From an uncultured Halobacteria archaeon (GTDB taxonomy: Archaea; Halobacteriota; Syntropharchaeia; JACQPP01): a stretch of 52,743 bases of DNA. The notes under the pieces were generated by a model that made no database searches, was not told where the DNA came from, and worked only from the letters and a program-made list of their open reading frames with translations. The stretch covers positions 1-52,743 of the forward strand of contig CAZANW010000002.1 in NCBI GenBank assembly GCA_964486625.1. Direction: 5' to 3'. Shown piece by piece: positions 36,058-44,446 of this stretch (positions are counted from its first letter, which is position 1; each line of letters begins with the position of its first letter). Position numbers and translations under genes: made by a program.

Positions 36058-37339
36058 CGGCCATTTTGGTTGAAACGGGTGCCGGAGGTTCAGTGCCCCG
36101 CCCCTTCCCCGCCAGGAACTTCCCGCCCCCCAGCTTCCCGACGACCTCCCCTTCGCGCACAACCCGCTCCCCCCGCAGATAGACCTCCTCCGGGAACACC
36201 CCCTTCCACCCCTCGAAAGGTGTCCACCCGCATTTGGAGTGCAACTCCCGCCCCCGGAGGGTCCACTCCGCCTTGAGGTCCACAAGCATGAAGTCGGCGT
36301 CCTTTCCGGGCTCCAGGCCGCCCTTCGCCTCCAGCCCCAGAATCGCCGCCGGGCGCCGGCTCAGGAGGTCCACCGCCCGCGGAAGCATGAGGAGCCCCCG
36401 TCGGACCGCCGAGAGGAGGAGCGGCACCATCGTCTCCACCCCGGGCACCCCGGGGGGCGGGTCGGGCCCCCGCTTCTCCTGCCGCGTGTGGGGCGCGTGG
36501 TCGGAGGCGAGCGCGTCGCCGCGGCCCCGGGCCAGCGGGCGCCAGAGGAGGCGCCGGGTCTCCTCGGACCGGAGGGGCGGGTGGCACCAACCGAAGGACT
36601 TGAGGCGGAGCCAGTCGCGCTCGGAGAGAAGCAGGTGGTGGGGGGCCACCTCGGCGGTGAACCCCGCGGCCCGTGCGGCCATGATGGTCCCCGGGAGAGA
36701 GGCGTGGGCGATATGGAGTCTTTTCCTGGGAAATCTCCGGGCCAGCCACTCCACCGCCTCCCGCTCGCACGCCTCGGGCCGGGACTCATCGGACGCGACG
36801 CACGCCCGGCTCTCGGCGTGCACGATGGCCAGCGCCCCGAGGCGAAAGACGGCCCGTAGGCCGCGCTCCAGCGCCTGCGGGTCGAGGCGATGCATGAAAA
36901 TCTCCCCGAACGCGGCGGCCCCGGCGCGCCGGAGGGCGGGCAGGGCCTTGAGGTTAGCCCCGTCGTAGCCCGCGGCGAGGGCGAAGTCCACCCGGCTCCT
37001 GCGGCGCGCCGCAGCGAGTTTCCTCCGGAACGCGGCCACGGTCGTGGCGGGCGGCACGGTGTTGGGCATGTCGAGGACAGTCGTCACGCCTCCGGCGGCG
37101 GCCGCTGCCGAGCCGGTCGCCCAGTCCTCCTTCCGGGCCTGGCCCATGTCGCGGAAGTGGACGTGGAGGTCCACCGCCCCCGGAAGGAGGAGGCGGCCCC
37201 GGCCGCCGATGCGGCGGAGACCGTAGGGGGCGACTTTCGACACGCGCTCGATGCAGCCTCCGCGAACCACCAAGGCTCCCTCGACGAGGGCGTCGCCCCG
37301 GAGGAGGCGGACGTTGTCAACGCAGAAATCGGCGCTCAC
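36020..37339 (-). CDS. pyrC: Dihydroorotase-type amidohydrolase
   Basis: It has LLLPGAVDLHVHFRD and GGVTTVLDMPNT motifs. GTG 37339 overlaps the AMMECR1 stop (GTGA). The last ~13 codons are encoded by repeat locus D. Confidence 0.75.
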   Translation of the reverse strand: MSADFCVDNVRLLRGDALVEGALVVRGGCIERVSKVAPYGLRRIGGRGRLLLPGAVDLHVHFRDMGQARKEDWATGSAAAAAGGVTTVLDMPNTVPPATTVAAFRRKLAAARRRSRVDFALAAGYDGANLKALPALRRAGAAAFGEIFMHRLDPQALERGLRAVFRLGALAIVHAESRACVASDESRPEACEREAVEWLARRFPRKRLHIAHASLPGTIMAARAAGFTAEVAPHHLLLSERDWLRLKSFGWCHPPLRSEETRRLLWRPLARGRGDALASDHAPHTRQEKRGPDPPPGVPGVETMVPLLLSAVRRGLLMLPRAVDLLSRRPAAILGLEAKGGLEPGKDADFMLVDLKAEWTLRGRELHSKCGWTPFEGWKGVFPEEVYLRGERVVREGEVVGKLGGGKFLAGKGRGTEPPAPVSTKMAVASARAAARRRP

Positions 37340-37932
37340 CGCTTCCGCCCGTCCAGTTCGATTTCTCGCACCGGTCCGCCAGGGGCCTCCTCCCCAAACA
37401 CCTGCCCCCGGAAGGCGAAGACCTGCGTTCCGGAGACGAGCCACGCGTCCATCGGCAGCCCGGCCTTGGCGCAGGTCTCGCAGAGGAACTCCTCAGAGTC
37501 CCACCCGTGCTCCGCCGCCACCTGGGGCAGCAAGAGGCCCGCCCGCGGGCCGCGGCGGACCACGAGGCCGTGCCCCCCCACTTCCACCCGCTTCGGGAAG
37601 TCGAGGGGCGGGCCTCCGAGGGGCTCGAGGGGGCCGAGGCAGGTGACCTCCACCGAGATGCGGGCCATCTCGCCCGCCCGGACCGGCTCCAGCCGCGGGT
37701 CGCGGGTGGCGGCTGCGGCCGATTCGACCACGGCCCGCCCGAAGGGCTGGAGGGGCTCGGGGCGCCCGATGCACCCGCGGAGGAGTTCGCCGCGCTTCAG
37801 GGTCACGAAGGCCCCCCGGGGCTCGCGGAATACGGCCCCGCCGGGGGGCTCGGGGAGGGCCCGCCGGGCCGCCGCAGCCGTCGCCGCCTCCCGGGCAAGG
37901 CAGACGGCGGCGGTCCCGTCGGCGGAAATCAT
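37336..37932 (-). CDS. AMMECR1-domain protein (AmmeMemoRadiSam system protein A)
   Basis: It has the GAFVTLKRGELLRGCIG motif and is 198 aa. Confidence 0.9.
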   Translation of the reverse strand: MISADGTAAVCLAREAATAAAARRALPEPPGGAVFREPRGAFVTLKRGELLRGCIGRPEPLQPFGRAVVESAAAATRDPRLEPVRAGEMARISVEVTCLGPLEPLGGPPLDFPKRVEVGGHGLVVRRGPRAGLLLPQVAAEHGWDSEEFLCETCAKAGLPMDAWLVSGTQVFAFRGQVFGEEAPGGPVREIELDGRKR

Positions 37933-37969
37933 CCGCAGGTGTTATAGGCTCAAAGGATAATCCCTCCTC

Positions 37970-38411
37970 GGGAGCGGGGAAGGGCAGCCGCCGGTCCCGC
38001 GCGGTTCAAACCCGTCGGGGCTGAGGAAAGTCCCCCCACCCGGGCGTCTTCCTCGCGGAAGATGTCCTGAAACGGCGGGCGCCCGCAAGCCCGCGCTTCC
38101 GCGAGGAGGCACGGGCCGGAGGGCGCATCCCGAGAGGGATGGCTCTGGCACAGAAACGGCACTCTGCGCGCCTTGTGCGATGAACCCGCGAGGGCGAGGT
38201 CGGCGTGCAAGAGATGAAACGCCCGCGCAACGGGGCAACCCGGGGTCGCGGGGCGGCGGTTATCCGCCGCGCGAAACCCCGCCGGCGCAAGTCGCTGCGG
38301 CGACGCCAGACGAATGCTGCCGGGCCCCGTGACCCCCCGCCCGGCGGGGGAGCGGTTCCTCCGGGGACCGTGAGAGGGCCCAACCAAAGGGGGCTTACTC
38401 TCCCCACTCCC
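37970..38411 (+). ncRNA. rnpB: RNase P RNA (archaeal type A)
   Basis: There is no credible ORF here. It has GAGGAAAGTCCCCCC (P4 5' strand, about 38025-38040), GGCACAGAAAC, AGAGATGAAAC, and a 3' AAAGGGGGCTTAC that pairs with the P4 5' strand. The 5' GGGAGCGGGGA pairs with the 3' TCCCCACTCCC (P1). The ends are approximate. Confidence 0.8.
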
Positions 38412-38465
38412 AACCATTATTTTTAACACCCATCGATAGCAGTAGACTCATTTGGAGGCATAAAA

Positions 38466-39731
38466 ATGGGCTCGAAATCGAGGGAAGTATTTATACCCCC
38501 CTCAGACCTGGAGCCCGAGATACGACGTCTGGTGGGCGACGAAAACCTCTCCCCGGGTCTCCGGTCGGAGATGGCACGGTACGGCGCCCACCTGAAGGAC
38601 CGGGGGCTCTCCCTCGGGCACCGGACCCGGGAGGTCATGCGGACCCGCGAGTTCCTCCTCCGGTGGAAGCAGCCCGGGCCCCCGGGCCTGGAGGAGGTGA
38701 CCCGCTTCCTCGGCCGCCTCCGGTCGGACGGTCACAAGGAGAAGACCGTCGCCCACTACGCGGGGGCCATCAAGAGGTTCTACACGTGGCGCAACGACGG
38801 GGAGCCGCCCCCGGGGCTCCGCCGGCTGTCGACCTCCCCGCGGGAGAAGAGGAAGATCCGGCCCTTCTGGACCTGGGAGGAGGTGGAGCGGATGCTGGCC
38901 GCCACCGATAGGCCCCAGCACCGGGCCCTCATCATGTGCCTGATGGAGTCGGGGGCCCGGGCGGAGGAGTTCCTCAAGTTGAACGTCGGCGACCTCGTGT
39001 TCGCCCCGGACAGCGGCTACGTGAAGGTCAAGCTGCCGACCGGGAAGACCGGCGAGTACACCCAGCTCTGGATCAAGTCGGTGCCCTATCTCCTGACTTG
39101 GTTTAAGTTCCATCCCGGCCCGCGGAGGGCCGACCGGAGCCTGGAGCCGACGGCCCCGTTGTGGGTCGGGGCCACGCGCCGCAGATACGGCCAGCGATTG
39201 ACCTACCCCGGCCTCTATCACATTCTGCAGGACATCGGGACTGCCGTGGAGGTTCCTGCGGAGAAGAGGAGTCCACACGCAGCCAGAAGGGGAAACGCCA
39301 CTTGGCTGCTCTCCCAGGGTTGGAGCCGAGAAAAAACAAACATGTGGCAAGGTCGCGAAAAAAGCAGCAAATTAATCGATGTCTATGCCCAAGACTTCGA
39401 CTTGTCACAGGAGATGCTGCGAACTGGGGGGCTCGAACCCGCTGCCGCCCAAGCACAGACGGACGAGTTCCGGCCGGTGAAGTGCCAATGGTGCGGCCAT
39501 TACAACGAGGCCCAGCCGCCGCCCAAGAGGTGCGCGGAGTGCGGGAAGCCGCTGACCATCGAGGCAGTGAAGGAGATGGAGGATAAAACCCGGCAGGCCA
39601 CGGACTTCGCCCAACTGGTCGGGGGCGCAATCACGGACCTGTTCCAGTCGCGGCCTGAATTCGAGGCCGCCCTCAAGGAAGCCTTGGAGCGGCGCATGAA
39701 GGCCAAAGCCGGGGATCCGAAGGCCGCCTGA
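38466..39731 (+). CDS. Tyrosine recombinase/integrase with C-terminal zinc ribbon
   Basis: It has an N-terminal SAM-like core-binding region, ESGARAEE (Arg I), HAARRGNATWL (H-x-x-R), a catalytic Tyr region (LIDVYAQ) and CQWCGH...CAECGK. Confidence 0.85.
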   Translation: MGSKSREVFIPPSDLEPEIRRLVGDENLSPGLRSEMARYGAHLKDRGLSLGHRTREVMRTREFLLRWKQPGPPGLEEVTRFLGRLRSDGHKEKTVAHYAGAIKRFYTWRNDGEPPPGLRRLSTSPREKRKIRPFWTWEEVERMLAATDRPQHRALIMCLMESGARAEEFLKLNVGDLVFAPDSGYVKVKLPTGKTGEYTQLWIKSVPYLLTWFKFHPGPRRADRSLEPTAPLWVGATRRRYGQRLTYPGLYHILQDIGTAVEVPAEKRSPHAARRGNATWLLSQGWSREKTNMWQGREKSSKLIDVYAQDFDLSQEMLRTGGLEPAAAQAQTDEFRPVKCQWCGHYNEAQPPPKRCAECGKPLTIEAVKEMEDKTRQATDFAQLVGGAITDLFQSRPEFEAALKEALERRMKAKAGDPKAA

Positions 39732-39740
39732 CCGAAGGGC

Positions 39741-40364
39741 TCAGGGTGTTTTCCCGCCGATAGGCACAAGTGGCCTGCTTGGCGGCTTGTCCAGAAGACC
39801 CGAGAGAGATCGGATCGTAGCTCGTCTGCGAGTTGTCCCCGTTAGCGCGAGGAGGCGGGCTGCTTGCACTGTCGCATCCGGCCCGCGTTTCTTCAATCCT
39901 TCGAGCAACTCGGCAAATTTCTTGATTTCTCTGTCTCCGAAGAACGGGTGAAGAGTTCTATGGACCTGACGAGGATCCGACTTGGACGTCGCGTCCACGA
40001 TGGCCCGCATTCGAGCATCGTCACTCTGAAAGTAAAACCAGAGAATGGCATTGGCTGCCTCGACGGGCCTCATCTTCGTACCACGGCGACGCTCATCTAA
40101 ACTTTTCAAGTAGCCATCGACGAAGGTGTCCCGGACCGGTGCGTTTGAGGAGTACACGACACGAGCCGGACCCCGAGCAGAGATGCGCTCTCTCTGCACA
40201 GTTCCCTCCTCCACCAACCGGTGAATCCAGCGGGCTGCTGTGGCACGCTTAAGGTGGGAGGCCTGTATCCACCTCTCAAAGGTCGCTTTGCCGTTCAATG
40301 CCGACAATGTTGTAAGCAGGATGCCAGCCGGGTCCTTTCGGGGCCCCACAGACAGTCCCATCAC
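39741..40364 (-). CDS. Winged-helix DNA-binding protein (hypothetical)
   Basis: The N-terminal TFERWIQASHLKRATAARWIHRLVEEGTVQRERI is wHTH-like. GC is lower than the host. It is convergent with the integrase. Confidence 0.55.
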   Translation of the reverse strand: MMGLSVGPRKDPAGILLTTLSALNGKATFERWIQASHLKRATAARWIHRLVEEGTVQRERISARGPARVVYSSNAPVRDTFVDGYLKSLDERRRGTKMRPVEAANAILWFYFQSDDARMRAIVDATSKSDPRQVHRTLHPFFGDREIKKFAELLEGLKKRGPDATVQAARLLALTGTTRRRATIRSLSGLLDKPPSRPLVPIGGKTP

Positions 40365-40724
40365 TAAGTCTCATACTTGAGATCCAAATAAAAAGGTTCG
40401 CTACAAATACAAAGTATCATATGCGAGACTTTAACATCCTGGCAGAGAAAAGACAGGCCGATGGCGGAGATGAAGGAGGCACCGGCCACGGACGATGCGC
40501 TGCCGGAATGGGCGAGAACGCTGCTTGCACTCCGGGACCGCCTCATCGGTCCGCGACCCGGGGACAAACCGGAACAGAAGGGTGAGCGACGGTGAGCCAG
40601 GAACCACAGGGACATCTAGAGACGAGCCTTGGCATAGGAGGCCATGCCGGACTTCGGAGACCCGAAAAACAGTTGAAAACGGAGCTGAAAGACCATCAAG
40701 TATCTCAGTTTCCAGCCACGCTCC

Positions 40725-40856
40725 CTGTTCAGGGACCCTGTTCAGGTATCAGTGCAGATATCTGGTTCGGCTTTGGTGTGCCTAAGTTCAGGTACCTGTG
40801 CAGGTATCGGTTCAGATTTTGGCCCCCGTACGTTCAGGTACCTGTTCATGCTCAGG
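40725..40856 (+). promoter_or_regulatory. Iteron-like array of GTTCAGGTA(C/T)C repeats upstream of the RHH/coiled-coil gene
   Basis: CTGTTCAGG (40725), CTGTTCAGGTATC (40738), GTTCAGGTACCTGTGCAGGTATCGGTTCAG (40786-40815) and GTTCAGGTACCTGTTCATGCTCAGG (40832-40856) are followed by AGGAGGGGG and ATG 40870. Confidence 0.6.
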
Positions 40857-40869
40857 AGGGGGATAGTCG

Positions 40870-41385
40870 ATGAACTCCGACCAAGGCGACTCAGAAACCG
40901 AGGCAGTCAGCAAAGCACCGGCACCTAGACGCCGACCCCCATCCCATGACAAATATCAGAAGGCGCATCCCATCATCTCGCTCCATGTGTCGCAGCAAGT
41001 GAAGGCCACTATCGACCAACAAAAGGGGAATGAGTCCTACGGGAAGTTCGTCACCAAACTGGTCACGGATTTTAAGGGCGAGGTCCAGAAGGAGACCAAA
41101 AAGCAACTTGCACCGATTCAGGCACAGTATATAGCACAGGCACAATCTGCCTCCGCCAGACATCAAGCGCAGTTGCAAACTGTCCAAGCCCAGCATAGAG
41201 CGCAATTGCAAAGAAAAGAAGAGGAGATGGGGCGGCTCAAACGGGAAATGGAACACCAAATACAAGAAGAGTTGGAAGGGCTCCCTTGTTTTATTTGCCG
41301 ACGCCCTCTTCGCGAGAGCAAAACTTGGGCTGCATCTCACCAACCATGCTTGGAGAAGCGACTACTCCTTTCTTGCCTCCCCTGA
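40870..41385 (+). CDS. Hypothetical protein: RHH-like N-terminus, Gln-rich coiled coil, Cys-containing C-terminus
   Basis: ISLHVSQQVKATIDQQ is a beta-strand/helix pattern typical of CopG-like proteins. QAQYIAQAQSASARHQAQLQTVQAQHRAQLQ forms a coiled coil. An SD-like AGGAGG lies upstream. Confidence 0.55.
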   Translation: MNSDQGDSETEAVSKAPAPRRRPPSHDKYQKAHPIISLHVSQQVKATIDQQKGNESYGKFVTKLVTDFKGEVQKETKKQLAPIQAQYIAQAQSASARHQAQLQTVQAQHRAQLQRKEEEMGRLKREMEHQIQEELEGLPCFICRRPLRESKTWAASHQPCLEKRLLLSCLP

Positions 41386-41484
41386 CCCGGCCACTGTCGG
41401 TTCCCGCGTCCGGCAGACTCCATCCTCTTGGAGACGACTCCCGGGGAAATCAAGGGAACACGTTGAACTTTCTCAACCCCGCTC

Positions 41485-41832
41485 TCACGCGTACATCCCT
41501 TTCAACCTCTCCCTCTCCACCGCGAACGCCCGGTGCCCCGCCACCATGTGCCGGGTCCGGATGACCAGCCCGCCCTCCCCGGGGTCCCCCTCCTTCAGGG
41601 CCTCCACCGTGGCCGTCTGGACCAGTTCGCCCAGGTGAGGCACACCCTCGTTGTTTTGGGCGGGCCCTACCTCGACCTCCAGGTCGCCGCGAAAGCCGGA
41701 GAGACGATGCAAGAAAAGGGCCTCCGGCTCGTACGCGAAGTCGGCCGGTTCCGGTAGGATGGAGTTCACCGTCCCCGACGATGGCGGGGTTTCACTCGGG
41801 GACAAACTCCGGGCACTCGGGAAGGAGGCCAT
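41485..41832 (-). CDS. Hypothetical protein (115 aa; start uncertain)
   Basis: G/C at codon position 3 is high (about 85% by eye) across 41485-41760. No motif was recognised. The annotated ATG overlaps the divergent gene's 5' end; GTG 41768 is an alternative start. Confidence 0.4.
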   Translation of the reverse strand: MASFPSARSLSPSETPPSSGTVNSILPEPADFAYEPEALFLHRLSGFRGDLEVEVGPAQNNEGVPHLGELVQTATVEALKEGDPGEGGLVIRTRHMVAGHRAFAVERERLKGMYA

Positions 41833-42244
41833 CTACATTTCCGAGTTGAGACTGGTCGAGATGCGGAAAGGGCCGACGGGGAAACCGCTCCTGACATACC
41901 GGGCCAACCCCATGAGCGGCCTTGATTGGCGGAAGGTCCGGGTGTACGAGCGCCGCCGCCCGAGACGAGGTCAAGCCGCGAGAGGCGGCGCCTCCAACTA
42001 CGCGCAGGTCATCGCCATCCATTGCCCAGTCTGTCGCCGATGGGTCCGCAGCAGGGAACTCGGCCGACACCGCCACCGCTGCCGCTCATGCAGGAGGCTG
42101 GTGCTCATCACAATGTTCTTCGCCGAGCCGGGCGGGTGGGCGTGCCGCGAGTGCGCGATGAAGTGGTCGCTCGCCCTGATCGGCCGGAAGCGGCCCGTTC
42201 GCAGCCGGAGGAGGAGATCGAGGGGAGATGGCAAAGCCGGATAG
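41759..42244 (+). CDS. Hypothetical zinc-ribbon protein
   Basis: It has CPVCRR...CRSCRR and CRECA Cys pairs and a basic C-terminus. ATG 41759 (MEFTVPDD) is preferred over the track start 41651. Its 3' end overlaps the next gene by 17 nt. Confidence 0.5.
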   Translation: MEFTVPDDGGVSLGDKLRALGKEAIYISELRLVEMRKGPTGKPLLTYRANPMSGLDWRKVRVYERRRPRRGQAARGGASNYAQVIAIHCPVCRRWVRSRELGRHRHRCRSCRRLVLITMFFAEPGGWACRECAMKWSLALIGRKRPVRSRRRRSRGDGKAG

Positions 42245-42599
42245 GCCGACCGGGTCTGGAGCGCCCGAGCCAACCAGTTACAGCGTCCAGATGCTCATGG
42301 AGGTCGCCGCCCGTGCCGAGAGGGGTCTCCACCGGCTGATGCGCATCGGTCTCGTCGACCGGAGGGACGATGGGTTTGTCCTCACGGAGCGCGGGCGGGC
42401 CATCGCGGAGGAGATGTACCGGGAGGCTAGGAAGAGCGGGACCATCGCGCCTCAGGAGCCGGTCGAGAAGGCTCTCCGCACCGTAGTTGTGATGGCCATT
42501 CTCAAGGCGGCCGAGCCGGATGTCCTGCCTGCGCAGGAGATCGTGGAGTGCGCGGGGGTGCTCATCGCGATGCTCAAGCCTGCGGACGCGGAGAAGTGA
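42228..42599 (+). CDS. Winged-helix (MarR-like) protein
   Basis: GLHRLMRIGLVDRRDDGFVLTERGRAIAEEM is a wHTH wing motif. Confidence 0.55.
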   Translation: MAKPDRPTGSGAPEPTSYSVQMLMEVAARAERGLHRLMRIGLVDRRDDGFVLTERGRAIAEEMYREARKSGTIAPQEPVEKALRTVVVMAILKAAEPDVLPAQEIVECAGVLIAMLKPADAEK

Positions 42600-42641
42600 G
42601 AAGCGTTCCATTTCAGCGCCCGGATTGCATCCAACCTCCAT

Positions 42642-42670
42642 AGGGCCGACATACGTAGTATGTCGGCCCT
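42642..42670 (+). terminator. 13-bp stem hairpin after the wHTH gene
   Basis: AGGGCCGACATAC GTA GTATGTCGGCCCT starts 43 nt after the stop at 42599. No oligo-T tract follows, so function is uncertain. Confidence 0.35.
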
Positions 42671-42738
42671 ATTGCGGGCTCAACGTCTGACCTGCCGCCC
42701 GCCCAGTAATCGCTATCTGCCAGCCAAACAGCTAAACC

Positions 42739-42746
42739 CTTATATA
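42739..42746 (+). promoter_or_regulatory. Putative TATA box upstream of the AbiEi-like gene
   Basis: CTTATATA sits in a very AT-rich stretch about 33 nt upstream of ATG 42780. Confidence 0.35.
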
Positions 42747-42779
42747 CTTCATGTAATTATAATTACTTACTGAGTAACT

Positions 42780-43601
42780 ATGGTTACAAAAAAGATATAC
42801 CTGGGACCTTTGGAACTTCGGCTGCTCTTGGCCCTGGAGGCGCGAGGGGCTAAACTCTTCACCATCGAGGATGCCAAGGCCATTCTCGCCGTATCGGACA
42901 CCTTCGCGAGGAAGTTACTCCACGGCTTGGTGAAGAAGGGACGTCTCACCAGAGTCGAGCGGGGAAAGTACGTCCTCTCCCCCGCGAAGTCGGGTATAGA
43001 GGGGCTCTGGGTCGAGCACCCCTTCCTGATCGTCCCCCACTTGGCCAAGGAGTATTACGTGGGCTTCTGGACCGCCCTGAACTACTGGGGGATGACGGAG
43101 CAGGTTCCCCGGGTTGTCTATGTCGCGATTCCCCGCCCTCACCGGAAGACGGATGTGGAATACGGGGGTTACCGGCTGCAGTTCGTCCACATGGCTGCGC
43201 GGAAGTTCTTCGGATACGGGGAGGAGATGGTCGAGGGGCACCCCTTCAAAGTATCCAGCCCCCGGAAGACGCTCTTGGACTGCCTGGCCCACCCCGAGTA
43301 CTGCGGAGGGGTGGCCGAGGTCGCCAAGGCGCTGTGGCAGAAGAAGTATCAGTTGAGCTGGCACGGCATCGGGGCCGACTTGGACCGGTACGGAGTCGAT
43401 GCCGTACGCAGGCGGTTGGGATACCTGCTGGAGTTGCTGGGGCAGGAGCGGGGCTTGTCGAACGCTCTGGCGAAAAAGACGAGCGTGGGCTACCGGTGGC
43501 TCGACCCCGGCGCCAGAAAAGAAGTTCTGGAGTACTCCAAGAGGTGGGGGTTGATGGTGAACGTGCCCAAAGAGACGCTCTTGGCGTTCAGGTCCTTCTG
43601 A
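42780..43601 (+). CDS. AbiEi-like antitoxin / COG5340 transcriptional regulator (type IV TA)
   Basis: The N-terminal wHTH (LFTIEDAKAILAVSDTFARKLLHGLVKKGRLTRVERGKYVL) and the C-terminal domain with ALNYWGMTEQVP, plus immediate adjacency to a DUF1814 gene, support the call. Confidence 0.75.
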   Translation: MVTKKIYLGPLELRLLLALEARGAKLFTIEDAKAILAVSDTFARKLLHGLVKKGRLTRVERGKYVLSPAKSGIEGLWVEHPFLIVPHLAKEYYVGFWTALNYWGMTEQVPRVVYVAIPRPHRKTDVEYGGYRLQFVHMAARKFFGYGEEMVEGHPFKVSSPRKTLLDCLAHPEYCGGVAEVAKALWQKKYQLSWHGIGADLDRYGVDAVRRRLGYLLELLGQERGLSNALAKKTSVGYRWLDPGARKEVLEYSKRWGLMVNVPKETLLAFRSF

Positions 43602-43603
43602 AG

Positions 43604-44371
43604 ATGGCGGTCCCCGACATCCGCAAGGTTGCCGCGGCGAGCAAGGTCCCGGTGGGGACCATCGAGAAGGACGTCGCGTTGACGATCCTCCTCTCCCGGT
43701 TGTCGAAGAGCGGTCTCGCCGCCCGGACCGCCTTCAAGGGGGGCACCGCCATCAAGATGCTCCACTTCCCCGGCGCCCGGTTCTCCGAGGACCTCGATTT
43801 CACCCTCCTGGGGGTGGACCCCAAGGAGGTCAAGAAGGAGGTCCGGCTGATGACCCGTGCCCCGCATGGGACCTTCGCGTTCGGAGAACTCACCGAAGTC
43901 AGGTCGACCCCGGACAGCCTCCTTTTCCGGGTTCCCTTCACCGGGCCCCTCGACCACAGGGACTCTGTCCGCTTCGACTTCAGCCGCCGCGAGAAGCCCC
44001 TCCGGCCGCTGGAATCGCTGCCGGTCAAGGACCTCTACGGCATCCTCGAGGACGAGGCCCGGGTGCAGGCCCTCGCCCTCCCCGAGATCTTCGCCGAGAA
44101 GGTCAGGGCGCTCCTCCAGACCGGGCTTCCCCGCCACCTGTATGACCTCTGGTTCCTGCTGCGGGAGCGCCCGGGACTCCCGGACCCGGGCCTGATTGAG
44201 GGCAAACTGGCCCCGCACGGGCTGTCGCTCGATGAACCGGCCGTGGACCGGGCGCTGGCCCGGGTGGAACCGGTCTGGAAGAGGGACCTGGAGCCTTTCC
44301 TCGCCCGGTTGCCCGATTTCTCGCCTGTGGCCAAGGACGTCAAGGCGGGGCTTCTCCTGAGGTCCCCATAG
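43604..44371 (+). CDS. AbiEii/AbiGii-family nucleotidyltransferase toxin (DUF1814)
   Basis: It has FKGGTAIKMLH and RFSEDLDFTL motifs. ATG 43604 lies 2 nt after the AbiEi stop. Confidence 0.8.
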   Translation: MAVPDIRKVAAASKVPVGTIEKDVALTILLSRLSKSGLAARTAFKGGTAIKMLHFPGARFSEDLDFTLLGVDPKEVKKEVRLMTRAPHGTFAFGELTEVRSTPDSLLFRVPFTGPLDHRDSVRFDFSRREKPLRPLESLPVKDLYGILEDEARVQALALPEIFAEKVRALLQTGLPRHLYDLWFLLRERPGLPDPGLIEGKLAPHGLSLDEPAVDRALARVEPVWKRDLEPFLARLPDFSPVAKDVKAGLLLRSP

Positions 44372-44446
44372 GCCAGTCCCAGGAAGCGATTATCGACAAA
44401 TTATCGATATATCATGTTTTCGATGCTTGGCGACGGATGGCGCAGT

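Noticed and set aside
38015-38035. tRNA-like GGTTCAAACCC T-loop motif
   Set aside because: It lies inside the RNase P RNA, and no acceptor or anticodon arms can be drawn around it.
40725-40856. CRISPR array
   Set aside because: The repeats are only about 10-13 nt, irregularly spaced and partly inverted, and there is no repeat-spacer periodicity. I interpret them as iterons or operators. No CRISPR array was seen anywhere in the window.
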